A stretch of DNA of 64,000 nucleotides, taken from the sequence record CP089609.1; one strand, written 5' to 3'. The notes under the pieces were generated by a model. It saw nothing but the letters and a program-made list of their open reading frames with translations, was not told the DNA's origin and did not search any database. This document shows positions 18,643 through 27,666 of the stretch, in pieces. The translations under genes were made by a program, and so were the position numbers. Source of the stretch: a plasmid. Each line of letters opens with the position of its first letter. Position 1 is the first letter of the stretch.

Positions 18643-19097
18643 CCGCCTACTACCTCACCAAACCTGTTCTGCGGGACGCCGATACACCGCAGACTGCGGC
18701 ATACCAGGCCGCGCTCTACGAGTTGCGTGAGCGCTCAGAAGGCCTCGGCGACCATTCCAGCGACAGTCAGATCCAAGCCGCCGAGAAGGCCGCGGACTCA
18801 GCGTTGCAAGCGTGGGCGACAGCCAACGACCATGCTCTGACGGTCGGTGTCAGTGATCGCAGCCCGACCGAACGGGCCGCGCTGCGCCGTCTCCACGCTC
18901 TGATCGGCCAGTTGAGCGACCCAGCAACACCGAAGCCGATGCGCGACACCATCGTCGAGGCGATGGCCCGCGAAATGGACAAGCTGACCACGGTTCCCGC
19001 TTCACGGGAACACCTGGCGGCTTTGCCGGCATTGGCGGGACGCAACTTCGACGCAATCGCGTCCGGCCGGTCGAAGCAGCCGACTGTTGAGAGATGA
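18633..19097 (+). CDS. hypothetical protein
   Basis: 154-aa ORF. Confidence 0.45.
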   Translation: MDVTAYYLTKPVLRDADTPQTAAYQAALYELRERSEGLGDHSSDSQIQAAEKAADSALQAWATANDHALTVGVSDRSPTERAALRRLHALIGQLSDPATPKPMRDTIVEAMAREMDKLTTVPASREHLAALPALAGRNFDAIASGRSKQPTVER

Positions 19098-19122
19098 CTG
19101 TCCAGCCAGCCAGAAATGTCTT

Positions 19123-19145
19123 CATACACCGCTTCGGGTGTATAG
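19123..19145. promoter_or_regulatory. palindromic operator copy 4 (CATACACCgcttcgGGTGTATAG)
   Basis: 42 bp upstream of 19187 gene. Confidence 0.5.
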
Positions 19146-19186
19146 TATGAGAATGTCGACTCGCTCTAGCCTGAGGAGGGAAAACC

Positions 19187-19522
19187 TTGACAACCACCGC
19201 TGAGCAGTTGGCCGCCTACAAGGCGCAGATCGACGCAAAGTATGCACGTGGCTACGTCCCGGCGAAATCTGCTGCCGCGCAGCGCCACCAACGGATCGCC
19301 GAGGACCGCGCTCAGCCCGGCTGGCTACTCCTCGATCCGAACGGTGTCGTTGACGGCTTCCACACCTACTCGCGTGATCTCGGCTGGGACACCACTGAAA
19401 ACGTGTGGGAGAAGTTCGAGAAGCGCAAGCGCGACCGCGAACGGCTGCAGTCAGAGGGATGGACGGTCATCCGCGACGACGGCCGAGTCCGCAACACAAC
19501 CCCGACAGCCAACGAACCGTGA
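19187..19522 (+). CDS. hypothetical protein
   Basis: 111-aa ORF, probable TTG start. Confidence 0.4.
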   Translation: MTTTAEQLAAYKAQIDAKYARGYVPAKSAAAQRHQRIAEDRAQPGWLLLDPNGVVDGFHTYSRDLGWDTTENVWEKFEKRKRDRERLQSEGWTVIRDDGRVRNTTPTANEP

Positions 19523-19532
19523 GAGAAACGCA

Positions 19533-19703
19533 GTGGCAACCAAGTACAGCAACACATTCGTCGAATTCAACGCCCTAGAGGCAGCGCTCTCTGATGACAC
19601 CGAAGGCATGCGCCAGGTGCTGGCATCGATGTTTCCCACAGAGCGCCAAGCACTCAAACGAGCAATGCTCGATGTGGTCGACGCGATAGACGATCTGGAC
19701 TGA
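19533..19703 (+). CDS. small hypothetical protein (56 aa)
   Basis: GTG-initiated C-terminal part of ORF 19242..19703. Confidence 0.25.
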   Translation: MATKYSNTFVEFNALEAALSDDTEGMRQVLASMFPTERQALKRAMLDVVDAIDDLD

Positions 19704-19708
19704 CTGAC

Positions 19709-20179
19709 ATGTCCACACAGCCCAGGACGAGGCCGCTGACCGACAACCAGCTCGAAGTGCTGCGTCAGTTCGGTTCCGAGACCGGCTGGCTGCGGCCACT
19801 GGACCTCGGCGGGAGTAACCGCTCCAACCACAGCGCGGTCCTGGCGCAGCTGCAACGCCGCGGCCTCGTCGACTCGAAGGTCCGCTCACACGGCGTACGA
19901 GGCTCCAAGCTCTACAGGATCACTCCCGCCGGCCGCCACGCACTCCTGACTCGCACCACAGCGGTGAACACGCCAGGAGGCGTGGAACACGGCGGGTCTG
20001 AATCCACACCCCAACATCGCCCTACCACCGCCGCCCGGTGCCGCGCACTCGCCGACCAGCTGGACACAGCGGACCCGACCAAAGCATCGAACTACCGCCA
20101 GTTCGCCGACGCGCTCGACCACAAAGACATGGGCGCAATCTGCGCCGTCAGTGCATCCATCAACCACACCGTCGGCTGA
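19709..20179 (+). CDS. winged-helix transcriptional regulator (MarR/PadR-like)
   Basis: LTDNQLEVLRQFG...SAVLAQLQRRGLVDSKVR...YRITPAGRHAL pattern. Confidence 0.55.
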   Translation: MSTQPRTRPLTDNQLEVLRQFGSETGWLRPLDLGGSNRSNHSAVLAQLQRRGLVDSKVRSHGVRGSKLYRITPAGRHALLTRTTAVNTPGGVEHGGSESTPQHRPTTAARCRALADQLDTADPTKASNYRQFADALDHKDMGAICAVSASINHTVG

Positions 20180-20193
20180 ACCACGGAGGCGAC

Positions 20194-20643
20194 ATGGACC
20201 CGATCGATCACGTTGTTCGTACATCATTGCCTTGGCGCAGTGAATCTTTGACCGAATGTGGGCGAGGACTCAACGATGTCGGCTCAGCGATCACTCAGCA
20301 AAAGCTCCACGAGCGCGTCAAGGAGTACGGCGCGCAGCGTACCGCGTTCACCGTGTGCATGACGTGCTGGACGACGGCCTCAGCACACCGGGAAACCTGG
20401 GAATCTGACCCCATCGCAGTGCTCTACCGAGAGGCGCAGCGCGCTGGAGGCGCACTGGTGAGCCCGCGCTCCGACAGACCGGAACGAGTACTACTGACAG
20501 CGGAACTGCGGGCCATTGCAGCACTGATCGAGGCGCATCGCGACGAGTTCGATCATTACATCGCCAGCCTGGCCGAAACGGCAAGCCTCGACGCCGTGCG
20601 GAACGCACGTAGATCGAGTCAACTACGCCGCGCCCCTCGCTAG
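20194..20643 (+). CDS. hypothetical protein
   Basis: ATG 20194 preceded by GGAGG; 149 aa. Confidence 0.5.
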   Translation: MDPIDHVVRTSLPWRSESLTECGRGLNDVGSAITQQKLHERVKEYGAQRTAFTVCMTCWTTASAHRETWESDPIAVLYREAQRAGGALVSPRSDRPERVLLTAELRAIAALIEAHRDEFDHYIASLAETASLDAVRNARRSSQLRRAPR

Positions 20644-20680
20644 ACCGGCCCGAACCCCGTACGAGGAAAGAGATTCCGCG

Positions 20681-21603
20681 ATGTCCACCCGCTGGTTGAG
20701 CCCCTTGCGGTACCCCGGCGGAAAAGGGCGCATGGCCGACGCGTTAGCCGACGTGTTCCAACAGCAGTTCGGTCTGCTCGACGTCGAAGTATGGGCCGAG
20801 CCATTCGCCGGCGGCGCGGGGGCCGGACTGCATCTGCTCGATCGCGGCGTCGTCGACGAGGTCTGGCTGACCGAGAGAAACCCGGCCCTGGCCGCGTTCT
20901 GGCGCACCACCACCACCAACAGCGACGAACTGGCCGCGCGGGTCCGCACATGCCAACCCGACATGTCCACCTGGCACGCCGCGCGCGAGATCGTCGCGGA
21001 GGCGCGGACTGGCGCCGAGATCGCCGATCTCGACCTCGCATTCGCCGCCCTTCTCATCAACCGGTGCTCACGTTCAGGCATGGTCAACCCCAGTGTCGGC
21101 CCGATCGGCGGCAAGAACCAGAACGGCCGCTGGCACCTTCGCTCCCGATGGAACCCCGAGGGCCTGTCCGAACGCATCGATTCGATCGGACGGCTCGGCA
21201 ACCGGATCCGCGTCAGCGAAGGAGATGCGATCACACACATCGCGGAGTTGAACGGATCGGTGGGCATTGAGCACGAGCTCCTGCTGTTCGTCGACCCGCC
21301 CTATCTGGTCCAGGGCAACAAGCTTTATCACGACGGTATGACCTTCGACGACCACAAGAACCTCGCCGAGGCACTACCAACTGCGCAGCTCGCTGGCTGC
21401 TCACCTACGACAGCGACGAACGCATCCTCGGCCTCTATCCGGGCCATCGCATCCTGGCCTACGAGATCGCCCACACCGCTAACCAGGCCCGCATCGAAGA
21501 GGAATACGCGGTCCTATCCGACAATCTCGCGGTCCGCGACGACCAAAACCTACTCACCACGGGCGCATCCCGATGGGTCCAGCACGAGCCCACGCACAAC
21601 TAG
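20681..21603 (+). CDS. Dam-like N6-adenine DNA methyltransferase (D12 class) with apparent -1 frameshift near 21385
   Basis: LRYPGGK and FVDPPY motifs in first frame; C-terminal ARWLLTYDSDERI...stop TAG 21603 in second frame. Confidence 0.6.
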
Positions 21604-21629
21604 TCCACCCCGCGAGGAAGGAAACCCGC

Positions 21630-21860
21630 ATGTCAACACCCACCGGCGACCACGAATGGACTAGCGAAGCTGTCGACGGCGCATCTCTAGTCCACCTGGC
21701 CCGCCTCGCAACGGCCGGCGACCAGACCGACATCGTCATGTACGTCCGCAGGCAGGCACACCGGCTCCGCACCCGGGCCCCACAAACGTCACAAGCGCTC
21801 ACCGCACTGATCGACGGAGCTGCCCCGCCTCCCAGCCCGCTACGTGGTGCAGCAACATGA
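21630..21860 (+). CDS. hypothetical protein (76 aa)
   Basis: GGAAGGAAA RBS then ATG 21630. Confidence 0.45.
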   Translation: MSTPTGDHEWTSEAVDGASLVHLARLATAGDQTDIVMYVRRQAHRLRTRAPQTSQALTALIDGAAPPPSPLRGAAT

Positions 21861-22177
21861 GCTCGCCGCTAACCAGGTCAGGATGGGCACTCGGCGGCCT
21901 CTCGACAGCGCTCATCTTGGCGACCTTGTCAGCGCCGATCGCCGCAGCAGCCAAGGTGGAGCCGACCCCGCCCGAGCCCTCACATTGTCGGGTACCGCTA
22001 CAGCTGATCGGCGATACGGCTGTCATGCCTCCGGATCCGCGGTTCGACTGGAGAAAGTGGCTCGACACAGCCCCAGACGATGCGGATCTCCCATGTGATC
22101 CAGACGCGGTATTCGGCGGCACCCTGCCGGCACACATGATCCCGTCATGGGTTCTCGATGAACTGCTGCGGAGATAA
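21857..22177 (+). CDS. secreted hypothetical protein (signal peptide)
   Basis: ATGA overlap with preceding gene; N-terminal signal-like segment. Confidence 0.5.
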   Translation: MSSPLTRSGWALGGLSTALILATLSAPIAAAAKVEPTPPEPSHCRVPLQLIGDTAVMPPDPRFDWRKWLDTAPDDADLPCDPDAVFGGTLPAHMIPSWVLDELLRR

Positions 22178-22219
22178 AACACCCAGTGCGCGAACACAGT
22201 TGAAAGAAAGGGACTGAAC

Positions 22220-22732
22220 ATGACGATATGGCTCATGTCTGTCGCGCTGACCACCCAGGCAGTGCGGGACCGCCAGAAAACACAAACCCGCAGAGCCGGT
22301 TGGCGGCACCTCAAAGAAGGTGATCAGCTGGCCCTGTGTCCGAAAGTTCGCGGCGTCCGCCGCGACAATCGCGAGCTGATCACCATCGTCGATGTCGTTT
22401 CAGTGCGCCGGGAGCTGCTGCGGGCGATCACAGCAGAAGACGTTGTTGCCGAAGGCTTCCCGAATCTCACCACAGCTGACTTCATCACGTTCTTCTGCGA
22501 CAGCCACCGCGGTGTCCGACCGGAATCGGAAATCACGCGCATCGAATGGGCCTATCCCCGCCTGTGTCGACAGTGCCGCTGCACGGAGTACGCCGCATGC
22601 ACAACAATCACTGGACCGTGCAGCTGGCGAACAACATATGACGACAACACCGGCATCTGCACCGCATGCACCGCTGCCGCGACCACAAGGCAACTCGATT
22701 TGTCGGAACGTCGAGGGAGGATGGGAGTATGA
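22220..22732 (+). CDS. ASCH-like domain protein with Cys-rich C-terminal tail
   Basis: KTQTRR...LKEGDQLAL resembles ASCH core; tail CRQCRCTEYAACTTITGPC...CTAC. Confidence 0.45.
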   Translation: MTIWLMSVALTTQAVRDRQKTQTRRAGWRHLKEGDQLALCPKVRGVRRDNRELITIVDVVSVRRELLRAITAEDVVAEGFPNLTTADFITFFCDSHRGVRPESEITRIEWAYPRLCRQCRCTEYAACTTITGPCSWRTTYDDNTGICTACTAAATTRQLDLSERRGRMGV

Positions 22733-23190
22733 CGAAGGAATTTGACGAGTTGCCGCCCGTTTCGGCGGCGCCGTTGTCACGAATCCGTCGCGGGTTCATC
22801 GTCGCGGAAGGGTGCGTGATTGGCCTTTTGGCGGGGACTGCGGCGGCAGTCCTCGCGCTATCAGTGGCACCGTGGGTGGTGAGGTTGATCGCGTCTGTAT
22901 CGGCGGGGGCGATCGGCGATCGACCGGCAGAGGCGGCGTCATTCAGCGGGGGCCCACCCTGGTTTATGTGGCTGACCGGAGTGGTCGTTGGCCTGTTCGG
23001 AGCCGGGATCGTTGGATTTGAGGCGATCGAGAAACGTATCGCTGAAGCCAAGCTGCGTGTGCATGTCGCCATGTACCGCAACGTCATTGAAGAACACATG
23101 CGCAGCGAAGCTGCGCTGAGAAAACCCCACGACGACTACGCCCCGAGCCAGGATGATCGCCGTCGCCCCGACGCGGTTGGCGGCGACTGA
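22729..23190 (+). CDS. membrane protein
   Basis: ATGA overlap at 22729-22732; hydrophobic helices. Confidence 0.45.
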   Translation: MTKEFDELPPVSAAPLSRIRRGFIVAEGCVIGLLAGTAAAVLALSVAPWVVRLIASVSAGAIGDRPAEAASFSGGPPWFMWLTGVVVGLFGAGIVGFEAIEKRIAEAKLRVHVAMYRNVIEEHMRSEAALRKPHDDYAPSQDDRRRPDAVGGD

Positions 23191-23277
23191 CGATTCGAGC
23201 ATAGGCAACACCTACGCCCATGACCGCCCAGCTGAACGACCACGAAATGTCAGACCTGTCCAGGAGAATTCAGACCC

Positions 23278-23775
23278 ATGAAGATTTCCAATGGCGAACC
23301 GCGGAGTGAACGGCTAATTCGAGCCCTGGCCGCTGTCGGTGGGTGCGCGATCCTCGTCGCATCTGTGCTAACGACGATCAAGCTGATCGCTTGGCTACAG
23401 GCCTCGGCTTCGGCGTTTAGCACTCTGGATGCGGCAATCGCAGCATTTGCATTGTGCGGACTGGTCACCGCCGGCTTGATCGCTCTGTACATTTTCCAAC
23501 GAGGATCAGTTGGGGCACGCCGTATCGGTGCGTTACTCACCGATACGGCACCGGGACAGGTCCTTGGCGGACTGATCGGACTTGTCCTCGCCATCGCCTC
23601 AATCTCTACCGCGGCCGCCGCCGCGCAAGGGTGGGGATCATGGTTGATATCGGTCTTGTCAGCCGTGTTCTGGGGCGCTGTGGGACTGCGCGAGCTGCGC
23701 AACGGGTGGCGCCAATGGGCATCGCGCCGCGACGACTTGCGTAATGGCCCTGCGATCGAGCGTATTCCGGAATAG
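23278..23775 (+). CDS. membrane protein (4 TM)
   Basis: 165-aa hydrophobic ORF. Confidence 0.5.
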   Translation: MKISNGEPRSERLIRALAAVGGCAILVASVLTTIKLIAWLQASASAFSTLDAAIAAFALCGLVTAGLIALYIFQRGSVGARRIGALLTDTAPGQVLGGLIGLVLAIASISTAAAAAQGWGSWLISVLSAVFWGAVGLRELRNGWRQWASRRDDLRNGPAIERIPE

Positions 23776-23833
23776 ATGGCCAAGACCACCCCGACCGCAC
23801 ACCAGCACTGGCGTTGAGAGGGAGATGATCGCT

Positions 23834-24166
23834 ATGGACGTGAACATGTTTCCCGTCATTGACAACCGCGGGCAACTAGAGGAACTCACCGGCCGCCAGG
23901 CCACGACGTCCGTCTGGACCGCAGTCGTTGTCGACCGACAAGGCGACGTGTTTGGGACGTACTTGGGCAATGGAACATGGACCGAACTGGGCTCGGCCGT
24001 CCCCTTCTGTCTGAGCGGACGGATAGCTCTGCCCGCACGCTTGGTGGCAGGCCAGGCATCCGAGCGCCCTCAGACCGCCCGCGTAACCAACGTGGCGGAA
24101 CACAAGGTCGGTCTGCCCAAGCAGCTTTCGTCGCCACAGACCGCTGACGTGTCTTTGCTCGACTGA
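23834..24166 (+). CDS. hypothetical protein
   Basis: GGGAG RBS upstream of ATG 23834. Confidence 0.4.
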   Translation: MDVNMFPVIDNRGQLEELTGRQATTSVWTAVVVDRQGDVFGTYLGNGTWTELGSAVPFCLSGRIALPARLVAGQASERPQTARVTNVAEHKVGLPKQLSSPQTADVSLLD

Positions 24167-24183
24167 GTGGATTTCAGATCCAC
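24167..24183. promoter_or_regulatory. short palindrome GTGGATttcagATCCAC
   Basis: 6-bp inverted repeat between 23834 gene stop and HTH gene; possible operator or weak terminator. Confidence 0.25.
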
Positions 24184-24297
24184 CCACAGTCACCACCTCG
24201 ATTCCCACGATCCGAACGGCTTGCAACGCCCCTGGACAGCGGCCGCAAACATGGTGTGCACACTTGTGCGGCACAACTGTGCGTAAAATCTGGGCAC

Positions 24298-25209
24298 ATG
24301 CCTGACAACTACGTCCGCGGCTTCGATCAACGAGCGGACTACCTGACCGCCACCGCCCAGCTCTACCTGAGCACTCAACAGGTCGCCGACCGTCTCGGCA
24401 TCACCCGTGACGTGCTACAGCACCAAATCCGCGACGGCGACTTCATCGCACCCGACGTCGTCGTCGGCGAACGCGGGATCCAAGGCTGGTCACCCGCTCG
24501 CATCGATGAGGTCCGCCTAGAGAGAATGGGCAACTCGGTAGACATCGACCCTGACAAGGTGTTCGCCGAACTCAACCACCTACGCGCCGCGGCCGAAACA
24601 CTTCGCGCCTACATCCGTGATGACGATCGAGCCGAGCCCATCCACCGGCTCCCATACGATCTGCACAGGCTGTGCGCGGCAATCGAAAACTCCGTCCGGG
24701 ACATGATGACCGTCCACGAGGAGTTCCTCACACAGATCGAACCTGAACGGGCTACGGGCCAACCCCGGCGCATGCCAGTCGCGTGCCAATCCCCCGACCT
24801 GATCATTCCCGACCCATCGACCAATGACCGCCTCCGGATCCATCAACTCAGCACCGCGGTAAAGGTTCTGGAGTCGGTGATTCAACAGATTCCCACGATA
24901 TTCGCGTCGAAACCTGGCCGTGAAGCCTTGCGCAAACTGCAGAACTACCGGTCCGAGATCGCCACCTATATCGACAAACTTAAGGCCCGCCCGGGCCAGC
25001 ACGACGTCGTGCGGCTACTGCAACCGTTGCCCGAGCACAGCATCGCCGCTGGCACCGAAGGCACCGTGGAGACGGTTCACGACCACAGCTACCAGAGGAA
25101 ACCACCAGCCTACGAAGTGAAATTCTCCGACTCCGACGGCGCGACACTGGCAACGGCGATCCTTGGGCCTGAAGACGTCGAAGTCACCTGGCGATGGACC
25201 GCCGTCTGA
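24298..25209 (+). CDS. HTH (Xis/MerR-like) DNA-binding protein with DUF4926-like C-terminal domain
   Basis: LYLSTQQVADRLGITRDVLQHQIRDGDF HTH; C-terminal VVRLLQPLPEH...YEVKFSDSDG. Confidence 0.5.
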   Translation: MPDNYVRGFDQRADYLTATAQLYLSTQQVADRLGITRDVLQHQIRDGDFIAPDVVVGERGIQGWSPARIDEVRLERMGNSVDIDPDKVFAELNHLRAAAETLRAYIRDDDRAEPIHRLPYDLHRLCAAIENSVRDMMTVHEEFLTQIEPERATGQPRRMPVACQSPDLIIPDPSTNDRLRIHQLSTAVKVLESVIQQIPTIFASKPGREALRKLQNYRSEIATYIDKLKARPGQHDVVRLLQPLPEHSIAAGTEGTVETVHDHSYQRKPPAYEVKFSDSDGATLATAILGPEDVEVTWRWTAV

Positions 25210-25260
25210 CCGACAAGTCCCCTTTCTCACCCCGACACTGACAATTGGATCGCCCACTGC

Positions 25261-25299
25261 TGACCGGATCGCCGGACCAGCCGGCATATACCTCCGGGC
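25261..25299 (+). promoter_or_regulatory. conserved leaderless promoter/start module copy 6
   Basis: TGACCGGATCGCCGGACCAGCCGGCATATACCTCCGGGC then ATG 25300. Confidence 0.6.
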
Positions 25300-25713
25300 A
25301 TGTCCACACATACACATACAGAAATAACGCCGACCGACAGCGATAGGCATCGCCACGAATTCCCGGTGGTAGAGACGGTATTGACCCTCGCAGTGACGCT
25401 GACTCCACTGGTGTGGGCTATGACGTCGGCGCCGACGCGCGGCATCTCGACCACGGGATCGTTTGTTGATGCGGTGTTCCCCTTCCCCGCCGGCACCTAT
25501 ACCGCATTCCTCGTCTTCGGGATCAGCCTCGTCCTCGGCGTCAGAATCGCTGTCAGAGCCGCGCGCACCTCGACAAGACTGCTGACCGTCACGGCGACCG
25601 TGCTCCTGGTCACCGCCGTTTCCCTCACAGTGAATGGCTTGTTCGGCATCGCGAGTGATACAGGCGGCATCTGTGTGGGATGTCCAGTGCACCCTTACCC
25701 TACGGCTCACTGA
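25300..25713 (+). CDS. membrane protein with C-terminal ICVGC motif
   Basis: leaderless; paralog of 25948 gene. Confidence 0.55.
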   Translation: MSTHTHTEITPTDSDRHRHEFPVVETVLTLAVTLTPLVWAMTSAPTRGISTTGSFVDAVFPFPAGTYTAFLVFGISLVLGVRIAVRAARTSTRLLTVTATVLLVTAVSLTVNGLFGIASDTGGICVGCPVHPYPTAH

Positions 25714-25794
25714 AAGTCAGGCACCGGGCCGCCTGCCACACTGAAACGCACGGCATTGCCCCCGGCCCGCCGTTGCCGATGTTCACCTCGCCGG

Positions 25795-25833
25795 TGACCG
25801 GATCACCGAATCGGCCGGCATATACCTCAGGTC
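25795..25833 (+). promoter_or_regulatory. conserved leaderless promoter/start module copy 7
   Basis: TGACCGGATCACCGAATCGGCCGGCATATACCTCAGGTC then ATG 25834. Confidence 0.6.
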
Positions 25834-25944
25834 ATGGACACCAACCATGCCTGGGAAACCTTCGACAGATTCCTTCGCGAGAACGTCAGAACAATCGTGT
25901 CGGCCATGACACGCCCGCCCCTTAGCCCCAACTACCCCAGGTGA
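25834..25944 (+). CDS. small leaderless ORF (36 aa)
   Basis: ATG at conserved module position; not in ORF track because <60 aa. Confidence 0.3.
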   Translation: MDTNHAWETFDRFLRENVRTIVSAMTRPPLSPNYPR

Positions 25945-25947
25945 GAC

Positions 25948-26220
25948 ATGGCACCTCTTGAACTTCTGACCAACGCCTACGATCGGTTCTTCCCGTTCAC
26001 CAGCGGGACCTTCGCCGTATTCGCCCTCGCCGGCATGGCCATCGTGATCACCATCCGGATCGTGCGCCCGATCCCACTCACCGGCAAGCTGCGCACGGCC
26101 ACGGCCGCATTGCTCCTGACCATCGCATGCATGCTCACCGTCATCGGGATGGTGGGACTGTCGTTGCGACTGCCTGACGACACGATCTGCGTGTGCACCG
26201 GTACCGGCTACCTCCGCTGA
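25948..26220 (+). CDS. small membrane protein with C-terminal ICVCTGTG motif
   Basis: paralog of C-terminal half of 25300 gene (FPFxxGTxxxF...ICVxC). Confidence 0.5.
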   Translation: MAPLELLTNAYDRFFPFTSGTFAVFALAGMAIVITIRIVRPIPLTGKLRTATAALLLTIACMLTVIGMVGLSLRLPDDTICVCTGTGYLR

Positions 26221-26239
26221 GAGACAGGTCCTTATCCCC

Positions 26240-26587
26240 ATGCTCACGGACCGCGCGGAACGTCACGCCTGGTGCATTCGAGACGACGAGGACGACAGCG
26301 TTGTGCATGCCTGCATCAAGGAGTACAGCGACACCGCCTTCACCGATATCGTCGTCGACTACGACGACACTGAGTACGCGCGCTATTTGAAGAACCTCGA
26401 CGAGGACCGGGACGACGCTTTCACACCGCGAGGGGAGAAACACTTCAAGATGCATCGCGTCCCTGAGACGGATATCCCACCGCATGTCGAGATCGTCGGC
26501 TGCCACTGGCCACGCAGACTCAAACTCGACCCCGAGAGTCCCGACTGGGACACCACGCCGCTGGCCGCGACCCACCCGAACACATAG
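26240..26587 (+). CDS. acidic hypothetical protein
   Basis: 115-aa ORF. Confidence 0.45.
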   Translation: MLTDRAERHAWCIRDDEDDSVVHACIKEYSDTAFTDIVVDYDDTEYARYLKNLDEDRDDAFTPRGEKHFKMHRVPETDIPPHVEIVGCHWPRRLKLDPESPDWDTTPLAATHPNT

Positions 26588-26653
26588 CGGTCACTAGACA
26601 CGCAAGCAACCGAGACATTTGCCCAACCGAGAGCATGATCGGAGTCCCCCATC

Positions 26654-27547
26654 ATGAACAGCAGCATCGACATGCACGGCACGCCAAAGCAAGCCGACTA
26701 CGCCCGCCGAGCCCTAGCCCGCTATACCGAACGTTCCGTACCAAGGCCCGCAGTTCAAAATCCGGGCGAAGACGAGTACGTGACATTCAACGGCGGATGG
26801 CTGCACGCTATCGCCATCGACGAGGACGTGTTCGCACCCGAGTTTGTCACCGAGCTGCGCGACAAAGTGATCGGCGACCTGATCCACCTCACAGAGGAGC
26901 AACTCTCCGAAATCGCTCCCTCAGCCGAGCTGGATCCCGCTGTGGCCGGCCCTGAATTCCTCCACGAAGAGCTCGTGGAAGCGGACTGGGGCGTGGATGA
27001 CGAAGGCGTATTGATCTACATCGAAATCAAAGACGTCTACTTCAAGATCGACAGCGAAGGCCGCATCACGGGCTGCTCAGACGTCGCCAGCGTCGATACC
27101 TTCATCACCGACGCGGGCGCCAACTGCGTCATTCGTGCCATTCACCACCCGGCTGACGTCTTCGGCGCAACAGGAACCCCACTGCGGACCGCTTTCGACC
27201 TTCTCGAAGATCTCGATTCTGACCTCGACGCCATCAACGCCGCCCGACAAAATCTCCTGGCGGACAAGGGCATTGAATTCGGAGATCCCCGCTCGCTTCA
27301 TCAGCGCAGCGGCACGTACACATGTCGGGTGAACGCTGCAGAGAAGGCGCTCACTTCAGCTGGACGAAACGCACGCTTTCCCAGGTCATGCTGCCACGGA
27401 GACGAGTACCTCGCGATCGCCGCACGCGACCTGATCGGCAGTGCTCCGGACTGGACCTGGGACGCCTACGAACTCATCGCCCGCCCGTACGCGGAAGCCA
27501 CAGGCCGCAAGCTTCACCCCGCCGACCCCGATTGGCTAAGGGTGTGA
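26654..27547 (+). CDS. hypothetical protein
   Basis: 297-aa ORF. Confidence 0.5.
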   Translation: MNSSIDMHGTPKQADYARRALARYTERSVPRPAVQNPGEDEYVTFNGGWLHAIAIDEDVFAPEFVTELRDKVIGDLIHLTEEQLSEIAPSAELDPAVAGPEFLHEELVEADWGVDDEGVLIYIEIKDVYFKIDSEGRITGCSDVASVDTFITDAGANCVIRAIHHPADVFGATGTPLRTAFDLLEDLDSDLDAINAARQNLLADKGIEFGDPRSLHQRSGTYTCRVNAAEKALTSAGRNARFPRSCCHGDEYLAIAARDLIGSAPDWTWDAYELIARPYAEATGRKLHPADPDWLRV

Positions 27548-27666
27548 CCGGCGACCAAGTGCACCAGCACGTGTGCCTGTCGAGCCCGGGCTGCCAACGC
27601 TTCGCACTGCAATGGCGCGTGGCCAGCACATAACCCACCCGGACCAGGAAGCGAGCCCCACTGTTG

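Noticed and set aside
4124-26247. Recurrent RYMP(A/G)...IRS peptide in six unrelated ORFs (4124..4789+, 6151..6603-, 9072..9377-, 15496..16314-, 25015..25710-, 25783..26247-)
   Set aside because: This is not a protein family. It is the opposite-strand translation running across the conserved promoter module (AGGTATATGCC reverse complement encodes RYMP).
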